DNA from: an uncultured Chloroflexia bacterium
GTDB taxonomy: Bacteria; Chloroflexota; Limnocylindria; Limnocylindrales; CSP1-4
Assembly: GCA_963819655.1 (NCBI GenBank)
Contig: CAWFXA010000002.1
Location: forward strand, 64,001-128,000
Direction: 5' to 3'
Length of the DNA: 64,000 bases
In this document: in pieces, positions 38,900 to 49,200 of the stretch
Layout: each line of letters opens with the position of its first letter
Position numbering within the stretch: the stretch's first letter is position 1
Position numbers and translations under genes: made by a program
The notes under the pieces: model-generated
Database searches by the model: none
What the model saw: the letters and a program-made list of their open reading frames with translations, nothing else
What the model was told of the DNA's origin: nothing

Positions 38900-40039
38900 C
38901 TACGCCGACGGCACCACCGCTGCCGTCCGCGGGGCGACCGACGTGTCAGAGATCTCCAGGGGCGCGAGCGACCCGAGCGACTCGGCCACGACCACCGCGT
39001 CGTCGTCCCGCTGCAGTACGAAGTCGGCGCTCGGGTTCACGAAGGCGTGCCCGCCCCGGTTCACCGAGAGCAGGGTCGCTTGATGCTCGGTCCGGAGGCG
39101 TGCCGCGACCGCGTCGATCGACAGTCCGATGTACTCGTCGGGCAGGCCGATCCTGTACAGCTCCGATCCCTCGCCGCCTGACACGATGTCGGTGATGATC
39201 CCGGTCAGACCCGGGTACAGCGCCGACCGGGCCAGCAGATGCGAGGCCATCTTCGAGGTCACGAGCAGCTCGTCCACGTCAGTGCGCCGGAAATGGACCT
39301 CGTGCTTCGGGTTATTGACCTCGGCCACGGTTCGCACGCCTGGAGCGGCATGCTCGATCGCGAGGATCGTCAGGATCGAGTGCATGTCGGCATCGTCGGT
39401 GGCGTCGCGCGGAAAGATGAGCGCGGCCGATGCGTCCTCGATGCCGGCCCGCTTGAGGTCGTCGTCATTCGTCGGATCGCCGCGGACGAAGTACACCCCG
39501 TCGCCGGCTGGATTCTTGTCGAGATCGGCAAGCACGACGACCTTCGATCGATAGTCGTCGCCCTTCAGTTCCGCGATGAGGTCGCGCGCCGTGGTGTTCC
39601 AACCACAGACGACGATGTGGTCCTTATACCCGGAAGCACCCAAGCCCTGACCCTCCTTGAGCAGGAAATCGATGACCAGCGCGACCAGCGCGCCGGTGAT
39701 CATCCCCAGCATGGCGACCCCGAACAGGATGAGGAACCAGCCGATGAGCCGCCCGGCTGGCGACGTCACGTAGCCCGAATCGCCCTGCCCGAGCACTGTG
39801 GCGATCCCCCAGTTGAATGAGTCGAAGATCGATTCGAAGGTCCACGACTTCTCGAAGAGCGTGATCAGGACCGCGGCCACCAGGACGAACCCGATGATCC
39901 CCTGCGCGAGCGACAGGAAGAACCGGCGATCGAGCTGCCCGCGCATCCGCTGCACGTGCCACATCACGCGACGGACGAGCGGCGAATCGAGGAGCGGAAG
40001 CGACCGCGGGATCGACCGCGGCAGACGGGGTCGCCTCAT
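38900..40039 (-). CDS. 2-TM pore ion channel with RCK (TrkA-N/C) domain, MthK-like, with a non-canonical filter
   Basis: TM1, pore helix, TM2 (...TSPAGRLIG...), then HIVVCGW, FVRGDPT, LKRAGIEDA, RTVAEV. Filter region reads ATVLGQGD. Confidence 0.85.
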   Translation of the reverse strand: MRRPRLPRSIPRSLPLLDSPLVRRVMWHVQRMRGQLDRRFFLSLAQGIIGFVLVAAVLITLFEKSWTFESIFDSFNWGIATVLGQGDSGYVTSPAGRLIGWFLILFGVAMLGMITGALVALVIDFLLKEGQGLGASGYKDHIVVCGWNTTARDLIAELKGDDYRSKVVVLADLDKNPAGDGVYFVRGDPTNDDDLKRAGIEDASAALIFPRDATDDADMHSILTILAIEHAAPGVRTVAEVNNPKHEVHFRRTDVDELLVTSKMASHLLARSALYPGLTGIITDIVSGGEGSELYRIGLPDEYIGLSIDAVAARLRTEHQATLLSVNRGGHAFVNPSADFVLQRDDDAVVVAESLGSLAPLEISDTSVAPRTAAVVPSA

Positions 40040-40088
40040 CCGCCCGATCGTGCCATACGGTCAACCCCCTCGCCAGTCGCAAGCGCGG

Positions 40089-40763
40089 TCAGTCGCCGAC
40101 CGCGTGCGAGTCGTCCATCTCGACGCCTTCCGTCGCGGCGACCGCTGCCGTCATCGCGGCACCGCTCTCGACGTCGGCGGTCCGGACCTCGAGGTCGATC
40201 TCCAGGCGACCGCCGCCGGTCCCCTTGGTGGACAGATGAGCGATCGTCCCGTGCTCCTTCTCGATCAGGGAGACGAGCCGGGCGATCACGGCCGGGTCGG
40301 CGGCCCACAGCCGCATCTGGACCTGATGGCGCTCGCGGCCGCTGATCCTCTCGGTCACCAGGCCGAGCGGCCACAGCGAGAAGATGGCGATCGCCGTCAC
40401 GGTGATCGCGACGACCCATGCCCCCGCACCGGCGGCCATCCCCACCGCCGCGACGGACCACAGGCTGGCGGCCGTCGTGAGCCCCCGGACCGTGGCGCCT
40501 TCCTTGAGGATCGCGCCGGCGCCGAGGAAGCCGACCCCCGACACGACCTGCGCCGCGATCCGGGCGGGGTCTGAACCGGGCGCCGTGAACGCGGCGATGG
40601 ACAGGACGGTGAAGCCGGCCGACCCGAGCGATACGAGCAGGTGCGTCCGCATCCCTGCGGGATGCTCATGGATCTCGCGCTCGAGACCGACCACTGCGCC
40701 CAGGATCGCAGCGACGACCAGTCGGAGTGCGTAGCCGGTATCCGCGGCAAGGTCGATCGGCAT
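40089..40763 (-). CDS. MgtC/SapB family membrane protein
   Basis: GLERE..HPAGMRTHLLV, DPARIAAQVVSGVGFLGAG, GLTTAASLW. Confidence 0.93.
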   Translation of the reverse strand: MPIDLAADTGYALRLVVAAILGAVVGLEREIHEHPAGMRTHLLVSLGSAGFTVLSIAAFTAPGSDPARIAAQVVSGVGFLGAGAILKEGATVRGLTTAASLWSVAAVGMAAGAGAWVVAITVTAIAIFSLWPLGLVTERISGRERHQVQMRLWAADPAVIARLVSLIEKEHGTIAHLSTKGTGGGRLEIDLEVRTADVESGAAMTAAVAATEGVEMDDSHAVGD

Positions 40764-40775
40764 CGGACAGCCAGT

Positions 40776-41394
40776 CTACGCGCGGGCTGTGGCCACGAGC
40801 AGGCCGCCACCGACCATGTCCAGGGTCGCGTCGATGATCTTGTCGCGGTCGCTGCGCGGCAGCATCCCGTCTCCCAACAGGACGGCGGCACCGTGCACCG
40901 CGACCCACGCCGGTGCCTCGGCACCCGCCCGTGGGACGGCCAGCAGCCCGGCGCTGTCGAGCGTGTCCAGCGCGCTCTGACAAGAGCGCGTAGGGGGATG
41001 GGTCGTCGGGCACGTACAGCTCAGGCGGGCAGGCCCGGAACGCGACCTCGAACAGGCCCGGCTCATCGAGGGCGAACTCGATGTAGGCACGACCGGTGGC
41101 CCGGAGGCGGTCGACCGCGGCGCGGTCAGATCCCTCCCCGACCGCGGCGACCGCGGCGATCATCCGCCGGGCGAGGGCCTCGCGAGCCTCGGACGCGACC
41201 TGCGCGAGCAGGCCCTCGCGGGATGGGAAGTGGCGGTAGGCGGCACTGGCCGACACGCCGACGCGTCGCGCGACCTCTCGGAGCGAGACGTTCTCCGCCC
41301 CGCCGACCGCGGCGAGCTCGGTCGCGGCATCGACCAGCGCACGCCGAAGGTCGCCGTGATGGTAGGGGCGAACTGGCGCCTTCTCAGCGGTCAT
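40776..41394 (-). CDS. TetR/AcrR regulator with WHG-type C-terminus (frame break near 40974)
   Basis: YHHGDLRRAL, SLREVARRVGVSASAAYRHF, AWVAVHG in the adjacent frame. Confidence 0.87.
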
Positions 41395-41403
41395 AGCGGC
41401 CAT

Positions 41404-41450
41404 ATGTTGACATCGTTCACATCAGTCCGTAAAGTAGACACTGTTCACAT
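41404..41450. promoter_or_regulatory. Two TetR-type operator palindromes in the divergent promoter
   Basis: ATGTTGACATCGTTCACAT (41404-41422) and AAGTAGACACTGTTCACAT (41432-41450), both AT-rich imperfect palindromes. Confidence 0.7.
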
Positions 41451-41494
41451 AACAGCCTCCGGCGAGTTGATCGGCGGAGAAGGGAGCAGCGGGC

Positions 41495-42001
41495 ATGGCC
41501 GACATCCTCAGCGGTCGCCACACGGCGGCCCTCGACGACGAGGTCGTCGTCTTCATCATCGGCATGCGGATCAACCGGCTGCGCCGATTCCGATCGTGGC
41601 TGCCGGCCTTCCGGGCCATGCCGCGGATGCTGCGCGAGCTGGCCGCCGATCCCTCCCTCGGCCTGCTCAACGTGCAGACCTTCTGGGCCGGGCGGGTGAT
41701 CGTGGGGGTGCAGTACTGGCGCTCGTTCGACCAGCTCGAGGCGTTCGCCCGTGCGGCGGACCACGAGCATCTGCCAGCGTGGCGTGAGTTCAATCGACTC
41801 GTCCGGGACAACGCCGATGTCGGGATCTTCCACGAGACGTACCGGGTCGGTCCTGGCACCGCCGAGACCTTCTACGGGAACATGCCGACCTTCGGGATGG
41901 CGGCCGCGGTCGGGATCGTGCCGGTCGCCCAGCGCGGACAATCCGCCGCGCGCCGCATGGGCACGACCACCGCGGATGAACCGGCTATCGCGCCCTACTG
42001 A
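41495..42001 (+). CDS. DUF4188 family (monooxygenase/aldoxime dehydratase-like) protein
   Basis: VVVFIIGMRIN, AMPRMLREL, VQYWRSFDQLEAFA, HLPAWREFN, VGIFHETY. Confidence 0.88.
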   Translation: MADILSGRHTAALDDEVVVFIIGMRINRLRRFRSWLPAFRAMPRMLRELAADPSLGLLNVQTFWAGRVIVGVQYWRSFDQLEAFARAADHEHLPAWREFNRLVRDNADVGIFHETYRVGPGTAETFYGNMPTFGMAAAVGIVPVAQRGQSAARRMGTTTADEPAIAPY

Positions 42002-42477
42002 TCGTCGATCGAGACGTCCGCGACCGCGGCATCGAGCCCGGCGATGAGGTCCGACGGGCTGACGTGGAGGTTCACGCCGAACGCGCCCCCGCCGACCGAG
42101 ACGACCGGCTGGTCCATGACGGTCGCGTCGACGACGACCGGCCACGCCCGCGTCGAGCCGAACGGCGTGATCGTGTACCGCTCGTACCCGGTCACCGCGC
42201 GAGCCTCCTCGGCGTCGGGCAGCGTCATGCGCCGCACCCCGAGGTGGGCGCGGAGCTTCGGCCAGTCGAAGCGGCGGCCTGCGGGCACGAGCACGAACAG
42301 GTAGTCGTCGTCGCCCCGTCGGACGACGATCGTGCGCAGAAGGCCGGCGAGCGGGATCCCCTGCAGCGCGGCGGCCTCCTCGGCGCTGCCTGCCCGCTCG
42401 GTCACGACCACCCGATGCGGGATGTCGGCCGCTGCGATGGCACGCGTCGCGGCCGTCTCGGGCGTCTCGAGGTCCAT
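41995..42477 (-). CDS. YbaK/EbsC family aminoacyl-tRNA deacylase
   Basis: LLRTIVV, VLVPAGRRFD, ARAVTGY..ITPFG, SVGGG. Confidence 0.87.
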   Translation of the reverse strand: MDLETPETAATRAIAAADIPHRVVVTERAGSAEEAAALQGIPLAGLLRTIVVRRGDDDYLFVLVPAGRRFDWPKLRAHLGVRRMTLPDAEEARAVTGYERYTITPFGSTRAWPVVVDATVMDQPVVSVGGGAFGVNLHVSPSDLIAGLDAAVADVSIDDQ

Positions 42478-42499
42478 GGCCGTGGACGATACTCGGGCG

Positions 42500-43789
42500 G
42501 TGACCTACCCGCGGACTGACGGGCCTCGACTCGGCCTCCGTGCGAACGCCGGCCAGTTCGCTCTGCTGGTCGGTGTCAACTGCCTCGTCGGCGGGATGGT
42601 CGGCCAGGAGCGGACGGTGCTGCCGCTGCTCGGACGGGACGTGTTCGGGCTCGACGGGTTTGCGATCGTGCTCACCTTCCTCGTCGCGTTCGGTTTCAGC
42701 AAGGCGCTGTCCAACCTTGCCGCGGGTGCGCTGGCCGATCGCTTCGGTCGGCGGCCGGTGCTCATCGCCGGCTGGCTGATCGGCGTGCCGGTCCCGTTGC
42801 TGCTCATCTGGGCGCCCTCGTGGGCATGGGTGGTCGTCGCGAACGTGCTGCTCGGGGTCAACCAGGGGTTCACCTGGTCGACCACCGTGACCATGAAGAT
42901 CGACCTGGTCGGCCCGACCCGCCGTGGCCTTGCCCTGGGCCTCAACGAGGCTGCCGGCTACGTCGCGGTTGCCGCCACCGCTCTCGCAACCGGGCTGATC
43001 GCTGCCGAAGCCGGTCTGCGTCCAGCCCCGTTCTATCTCGGACTTGCGTTCGCCGGCCTCGGCCTGGGCGTGTCAGTCCTGTTCGTCAGGGAGACGCGTG
43101 GGCATGTCGAGCTGGAGACCCGCGGCCGACCCACGGCCGGGCCAGCGCCGCCGTGGCGCGACGTCGCGGTGCGCACCACCTGGCGAGATCGATCGCTGTC
43201 GGCGGCATCACAGGCCGGCCTCGTCAACAACCTCAATGACGGAGTGGCGTGGGGGCTGCTGCCCGTGTACTTCGCCGCGGCTGGCCTGACGCTCCCGGAG
43301 ATCGCCGTCCTGGTCGCCGTGTACCCCGCGGTCTGGGGCATCGGCCAGATCGGTATCGGCGCGCTCTCGGACCGCGTCGGACGCAAGGGGCTGATCGTGG
43401 CCGGGATGCTGCTCCAGGCCGCGTCGATCGCGGCGATCGCGCTCGCCACCGGTTTCGGTCCGTGGCTCGTCGCGGCCGTCGGTCTCGGTCTCGGTACGGC
43501 GATGGTCTACCCGACCCTGCTCGCGGTCATCGCCGACGTGGCGGCGCCGGCATGGCGGGCATCCGCGCTCGGCGTGTACCGGCTGTGGCGCGACCTCGGC
43601 TTCGCGATCGGGGCGATCGTGGCGGGCATCATCGCGGACGCAGCGGGGATCCCCGTCGCGATCCTGGCTGTTGCCGCGTTGACGGCCGTGTCCGGTCTCG
43701 TCGTCCTCCGCCGGATGCGCGAGACACTGCCGCATCCCGCGGGCGATCAGGAGGGGAACACGGTGCCGCCATTCGGCGAGAGGATCTGA
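42500..43789 (+). CDS. MFS transporter
   Basis: About 12 TM helices, GALADRFGRR and GALSDRVGRK motif A copies. Confidence 0.92.
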   Translation: MTYPRTDGPRLGLRANAGQFALLVGVNCLVGGMVGQERTVLPLLGRDVFGLDGFAIVLTFLVAFGFSKALSNLAAGALADRFGRRPVLIAGWLIGVPVPLLLIWAPSWAWVVVANVLLGVNQGFTWSTTVTMKIDLVGPTRRGLALGLNEAAGYVAVAATALATGLIAAEAGLRPAPFYLGLAFAGLGLGVSVLFVRETRGHVELETRGRPTAGPAPPWRDVAVRTTWRDRSLSAASQAGLVNNLNDGVAWGLLPVYFAAAGLTLPEIAVLVAVYPAVWGIGQIGIGALSDRVGRKGLIVAGMLLQAASIAAIALATGFGPWLVAAVGLGLGTAMVYPTLLAVIADVAAPAWRASALGVYRLWRDLGFAIGAIVAGIIADAAGIPVAILAVAALTAVSGLVVLRRMRETLPHPAGDQEGNTVPPFGERI

Positions 43790-44499
43790 CCGACGTAGGG
43801 CTCACCGCCTGGGCCCGCCAGGAAGGCGACCGTGGCCGCGATCTCGTCGGGTTCCAGGAAACGGCCGATCCGCACGCTTGCGAGCTCCGCCGCGATGGCG
43901 GCGGGGTCGTTGTCGCGCAGCATCGGCGTGTCCACCGGACCCGGAGCGACGGCGTTGACCCGGATGCCCGATGGCGCGAGCTGGTACGCGAGGGCTCGCG
44001 TGAAGCCGACCAGCGCGGCCTTGGCGGTCACGTACTGGACGCTCTGGTTGCCCAGCCAGACCGCCTCCGACGCGATGACGACGATCCGGCCACCTTCGGC
44101 GGCGAGCATCCCCGGGAGCACGGCCTTCGTCACGTGGAAGGCACCGTCGACGTGGACGTCGAGCACACCCCGCCAGTCCTCGTACGAGAGATCGACGAAT
44201 CGGCCGGCGCCCGGCACACCGGCGTTGTTGACGAGGATCGAGATCGGGCCGGCGCTCTGGGTCAGCGCGTCGATGGCTGTGCGAACGGCGTCGCGATCGG
44301 TCACCTCCGCGACGAGGGCGGTCCCCCGGCCACCGGCCGTCTCGATCGTGGCGACCACGGCTCGGGCGCCATCGCCGTTCCGATCGAGACACCCGACGAC
44401 GGCACCATCCGCCGCCAGACGGAGCGCCGTCGCCCGTCCGATCCCGGACGCGGCGCCGGTGACAAGCGCGACCTGCCCGTCGAGCGGGCGATCAGGCAT
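43747..44499 (-). CDS. SDR family oxidoreductase
   Basis: TGAASGIG, NNAG, YVTAK, VNAVAPG. Confidence 0.93.
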   Translation of the reverse strand: MPDRPLDGQVALVTGAASGIGRATALRLAADGAVVGCLDRNGDGARAVVATIETAGGRGTALVAEVTDRDAVRTAIDALTQSAGPISILVNNAGVPGAGRFVDLSYEDWRGVLDVHVDGAFHVTKAVLPGMLAAEGGRIVVIASEAVWLGNQSVQYVTAKAALVGFTRALAYQLAPSGIRVNAVAPGPVDTPMLRDNDPAAIAAELASVRIGRFLEPDEIAATVAFLAGPGGEPYVGQILSPNGGTVFPS

Positions 44500-45250
44500 C
44501 CGCGATCGGGTCGATCAGCTCGATGCGGATGCGCTTGTTGATCCGCCCCTTCGACTCGTATCCGGTGACCCTGATCTGGCCGACCTCGCGGGTGTTCGAG
44601 ACGTGCGTGCCACCATCGGCCTGCAGGTCGAGCCCGACGATCTCGATGGTCCGGATCTCCTCGATCCCGGCCGGCAACAGGTTGATCTTGGTCCGGATGA
44701 GATCCGGGATCGCGAACGCCTCGGCGCGCGGCAGCAGCGCGACGCGGACATCGCGCGCAGCCGAGAGCTCGACGTTCACGGCGGCCTCGATCGAGTCGAC
44801 CAGGTCACCCGACATCGACTCGAACTCGAAATCCATCCGGCCCGAGCCCGGTTCCATGTTGCCGCCCGTCACCTGCGCGCCGTGGTCGCGCCAGACGACG
44901 CCGCACAGCGCGTGCAGCGCCGTGTGGGTGCGCATGAGCGCGAACCGCCGCGCCCAGTCGAGATCGACCTCGAGCGCGTCACCGACGGCTGGCGGATCAC
45001 CGCCAGCCGGTTCGAGCTCATGGACGATCTCGCCGCCGGCCTTGCGCGCACCACGCACCGTCCACGTCCGGCCGTCCGATGCCCGTAGCAGAAGCCCCCG
45101 ATCCGAAGGCTGGCCACCCCCACCGGGATAGAACACGGTCCGATCCAGGACGACGAGAGGTGCATCAGCGACCTCGACGTGCCGGACGCGCGCCTCCGCC
45201 GAGCGAGCGTAGGCGTCGGTGTAGGCGAGCTGTTCGCCGACGGGCGTCAC
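44492..45250 (-). CDS. alaX: Free-standing alanyl-tRNA editing protein
   Basis: LDRTVFYPGGGGQPSDRG, MRTHTALH, DLQADGGTHV. Confidence 0.9.
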   Translation of the reverse strand: MTPVGEQLAYTDAYARSAEARVRHVEVADAPLVVLDRTVFYPGGGGQPSDRGLLLRASDGRTWTVRGARKAGGEIVHELEPAGGDPPAVGDALEVDLDWARRFALMRTHTALHALCGVVWRDHGAQVTGGNMEPGSGRMDFEFESMSGDLVDSIEAAVNVELSAARDVRVALLPRAEAFAIPDLIRTKINLLPAGIEEIRTIEIVGLDLQADGGTHVSNTREVGQIRVTGYESKGRINKRIRIELIDPIADA

Positions 45251-45732
45251 CCGGCGGTGAGTGTCCCGGTCATCGTCGGGTGCACCGTGCACAGGAACGT
45301 GTACTGACCGGCGGCGAGGGCGGGCACGTCGTACACCATCTCGGCGACGCCCGTGATGATGTCGCCCTTGAGCGGCGATGAACCACTGGCGTCCTTCACC
45401 TCGACGTTGTGCGCGATGCCGGGATCGTTGTTCTTGAAGTCGATCTGGAACGGCTGGTCGGCCGGCGCGGTCAACGCTGCCGTGTTGAACAGGATGTTCT
45501 CGGCCTCCAGCTCGAGCACGGCCCCGGCACCAGCGGAGCCGCTCGGACTCGCCGGCGCGCTCGCCGACGCGCTAGCGGAGGCGCTCGCGGGCGGCGCGGA
45601 GCCGCTCGGAAGGACGCTCGGGATGGGTGTGGGCGACGGGGCCGGAGCGTAGGTCCAGCCGGGCTGGGCTGCCGTGCACGCAGAGAGCGCCGTGACGGCG
45701 AGGACGGCGGACAGGGTTCGAAGCGTTCGCAT
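45247..45732 (-). CDS. Cupredoxin-domain lipoprotein
   Basis: Lipobox LSAC, type-1 Cu ligands HN...YTFLCTVHPTM. Confidence 0.88.
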   Translation of the reverse strand: MRTLRTLSAVLAVTALSACTAAQPGWTYAPAPSPTPIPSVLPSGSAPPASASASASASAPASPSGSAGAGAVLELEAENILFNTAALTAPADQPFQIDFKNNDPGIAHNVEVKDASGSSPLKGDIITGVAEMVYDVPALAAGQYTFLCTVHPTMTGTLTAG

Positions 45733-45818
45733 GGATTCGGGGGACCTCTCGGATCGCCTGGATGACCGCGGTCGTGTGTTCGCGACGATGCTACCGAATC
45801 GCGGCCGCCCGGGTCCGA

Positions 45819-45890
45819 CCAGTACCTCAGACCCAGTACCTCACCAGTACCATCGTCCGGATTGTTTCGGGACCATCGCGGGACTAGCCT
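45819..45890 (+). promoter_or_regulatory. Promoter with three tandem CCAGTACC boxes
   Basis: CCAGTACC at 45819, 45833 and 45844, directly upstream of TTGTTT(45862)-N17-TAGCCT(45885). Confidence 0.6.
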
Positions 45891-45951
45891 GCTCTTCCCC
45901 ATGCGGGTGCGAACAACGCGCCACAGGGGAGACCGGAGCCCGATCCGACCC

Positions 45952-46050
45952 ATGATCCGACCTGTCATCGATCGAGCCTGGCGCGTCGCCATGATCCTTG
46001 GCCCGATCCTCGCCATCGCTCTCACATTGGTCGCCGCTCGCCGCTGGTAG
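45952..46050 (+). CDS. 32-aa single-TM small protein
   Basis: MIRPVIDRAWRVAMILGPILAIALTLVAARRW, with its own promoter and terminator. Alternative ATG at 45901. Confidence 0.55.
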   Translation: MIRPVIDRAWRVAMILGPILAIALTLVAARRW

Positions 46051-46151
46051 AGCCAGCGGCCGAAAGGCCGGCCCGAATCGGTCGCGATCTCGCGGCCGAC
46101 CACCATCGATTTTCGCTCGCCGGACATTGCTGGCCGGCGATCGTCCTCATT

Positions 46152-46188
46152 CGAGACCCGGAGACCTCCCTCCGGGTCTCGCTCTTTG
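46152..46188 (+). terminator. Intrinsic terminator
   Basis: CGAGACCCGGAG-N6-CTCCGGGTCTCG followed by CTCTTTG. Confidence 0.75.
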
Positions 46189-46206
46189 TGCCGGGGGATC
46201 CGTCCG

Positions 46207-49200
46207 TCAGGCCTTCTCGGTCAGCCCCAGCCGGATCGCGACAGCGGCTGCCTCGACCCGACCCGACACGCGCAGCTTCGCCAGGATGTTGCCGACGTGG
46301 ACGCCGACGGTCTTCTGGCTGATGAACAGTCGCTCACCGATCTCGCGGTTGGTCCGGCCTCGAGAGATCTGGGCGAGGACCTCGCGTTCGCGTCCGCTCA
46401 GGCCGAACGTGTCGCGACTCGCAGGTGGCTCGACCGGTCCGCCGAGTTGCCACGCATCGGCCTGGTCCGAGCCATCAGCGCCGACCGGCATGAGCGCGGC
46501 GGCGACCGGCGCGGGGGCGATGACGCCGACCAGTTCGCGTCGTCGATCGTCCGGTCCCGCCAGGGCTTGATCGACCTCGGGTGGCAGCTGGATGAGCGCT
46601 CGACCCGCCAGCTCGCGCAGCTCGCGCAGCAGCGGCAGTGCCCCGAGCGCGAGTGCCGTGTCGACGGCTTCCATCAGCGGGATCCGGGCGTCTGCCCGAC
46701 CCGCGCGGCCGGCTCCCGACGCGAGCATCGCCTCGGACTCGTGCCACCGCGCGCGGGCGGTCTCGTACGGGATGTGCAGCGCGCTCCATGCATCGCCGAC
46801 CGCGGTCCAGGTAGCGGGGTCGTCGCGCGCATCGACGCGCCGCCGATGGGCACGTGCCGTCGACAGCCACGCGTCCGCCAGCCGGCGGGACCCCAACGAC
46901 GGAGCGACGCCGTGGCGCTTGACGATCGCCTCGGCTGCGCGGATCACGTCGCGGGCTCGCTCGCGGGCGGCGGCGAGACCGGCCAGGTCGCGCTGTTCGC
47001 GTGATTCGGCCGCGGCCGCCGCCTCGACCTCGATGACCGCGGTCGCCGTCCGCGCGGCCAGGATCCAGTCCTCCGTCTCACGGACGAGTGACCAGCCCCG
47101 ATCGGCAGCTCGACGGGCATCGGCCAGGTCGCCCCGCCACAACGCGAAGGAGGCGGAGGCGAGGTGGAGCGGCACCGCCTGCTGGGCATCCCTGACAGCC
47201 TCGAGCTCTAGCAGCGTCTGACCGAGGAGGCGGCCGGCCGCCTCGCCGGCGGACAGCTCGATCTCGACGGTCGCGAGAGAGACCAGCGCGTTGAGGAAGT
47301 TGATGCCGGCGGGCAGCCACTCGAGCGCGGTCATGCTCATCGCCCGCGCCTCCTCCCAGCGCCCGAGCAGGAAGAGCGAATCCGCCGCGTTGCCGCGCAG
47401 GACGTTGCCGTACACGGCCTCGAGGCCGGCGGCCTTGGCGGCCTCGATCCCGGCCGATGCGACCGTGACCGCATCCTCGTGCCGGCCGGCCAGCTCGAGG
47501 ACCGTGGTGAGGTTGGCATGGATGCGGAACAGCTCGTCGAGGTCGCCGAGCTCTTCGGCCATCGCCCGAGCGTCGGTCAACATCGCCAGCGCCGCCTCTG
47601 GATCCGCGCGCCAGCCGAGAGAGACGCCGAGTGTCGTCGTGGCGTGCAGCTCCCAGCGGCGCGCCGGAGGATCGCACGCCTTCGCGATCCGGATCGCGTC
47701 GCGCGCGAGTCGATCGGCCTCGGAGAACGTGCCTTCGAGCATGAGCATCTGCGCCAGTCCGGCGACGACGGCCGCTCGGGCCGGGGACGGCGTGGTCGGA
47801 ACGAGATCGACTGCCCGGCGCCGGGCTGCGAGCGAGCCCTCCGCGTCCCCGGCCACCCGGCGGAACTGAGCCAGCCGGTCGTAGATGAGACCAAGCCGCG
47901 TGCGGTCGCGGCGTCCGTCCGTGGAGGCGATCGCCGCATCGAGGTATGCCGCGGCCCGGACGGGCCGACCGGCTGCGAATGCCGCTTCGGCCGCGCGCGC
48001 GTTCATCTCGGTCGGTGGCAGCACCGGTGGGTCGCTCCGGCGCCGACCGCCGTGGCGCGATGTGACGCCGGTCGCGCTGCCGGCCGCGATCGCCAGCTCG
48101 AGCGCATCCAGCTCATCGAGCGGCGCATCGATCGCCGCGGCTGCATCGGCTGCGGCGATCGCCGCATGACGCACCGCGACAGGGTCGAGAGCGGTCCGGA
48201 AATGGTGCACGGCCACGAATGGCTGGTCGTCGAGCGCGCGCGCGACCGCTGCGTGATGGCGGATACGCATCGACGGCAGGAGGTCGGCCTCGATCGCCCG
48301 GCCGACGAGCTCGTGGCGGAGCGCCAGGCCGGTATCGTCCTCGAGGACGAACCCGTACTCGATCGCCTCGTCGAGGCCGTGGGCCAGGTCGGCGTCGAGG
48401 ACGCCGTCGCCGCGCCGCGGCGCATGGGACGAGCGCGGCGGAGCGCTCGTCAGGTCCGCCTCGAACGCTTCGGCGATCGATGCCAGGTCCGCTCGTTTGA
48501 GCGGCCGCCCGGCCGGGGCCAGCAGGCGCAGCACCCGTCGCGCCTCCGGCGAACGGGCGGCGATCCGCGCGAGGACGAGATCCTGGAACGATGACGTGAG
48601 GGACACCGTGGGCAGCTCGCGCCGTGCCGCGAGGAGCTCCTCGGCGACCAGCGGGCGCCCGCCGGAGCGCTCGGCGACCACGACAAGCACGCTCGCCGAC
48701 GGCCGCGCGTCCTCGATCGACTCGATCAGCCTCGCCAGCTCGTCGCGCCGAAGGGGTGCGAGCGTGAGCCGGGCCGGGGGTCGTGGCGCCGCGTCGAGGC
48801 TGGTCAGGTCCACCGACCACGGATCCTCGCGCCTGATCGCGTCGGCCTGGTAGGTGGCGACCACCGCGAGCCGGTGGGACCGGGCGATCCGGGCAAGGAA
48901 CGTGACGAGCGCGCGCGTCCCTGCGTCGGCGCGGTGGAGGTCTTCCATGATCAGCAGGACCGGTTGCCGCTCGCCGAGTCGGCCGACCACGCCGAGCACG
49001 CCCTCGAGCAGCCTGGCCTGACGGCGCTCCGGCACGGCGGTCAGGATCCGGCGCCCGGCCGTTCCCGGCGGCTCGACGCGTTCCGCGAGCTCCGGGATCA
49101 GCCGGACGAGCTCATCCGTCGCGGTGCCAAGGACCCTCGCGAGCTCATCGTCCGGCAGCTCCGCAAGGACGGGTCGGAGCGCGCGCACCAGCGGTTGGTA

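Noticed and set aside
6030-40980. Apparent pseudogenes (permease ~6038, CAP ~10734, VIT1 ~13880, DUF1801 ~20757, TetR ~40974)
   Set aside because: Each is a single-base indel in an otherwise undecayed gene. The pattern fits long-read consensus error rather than pseudogenisation or recoding.
45952-46190. Trp attenuator (leader peptide ending in W plus alternative hairpins and terminator)
   Set aside because: Single Trp codon and no downstream co-oriented gene to regulate. Kept instead as a small-peptide unit.
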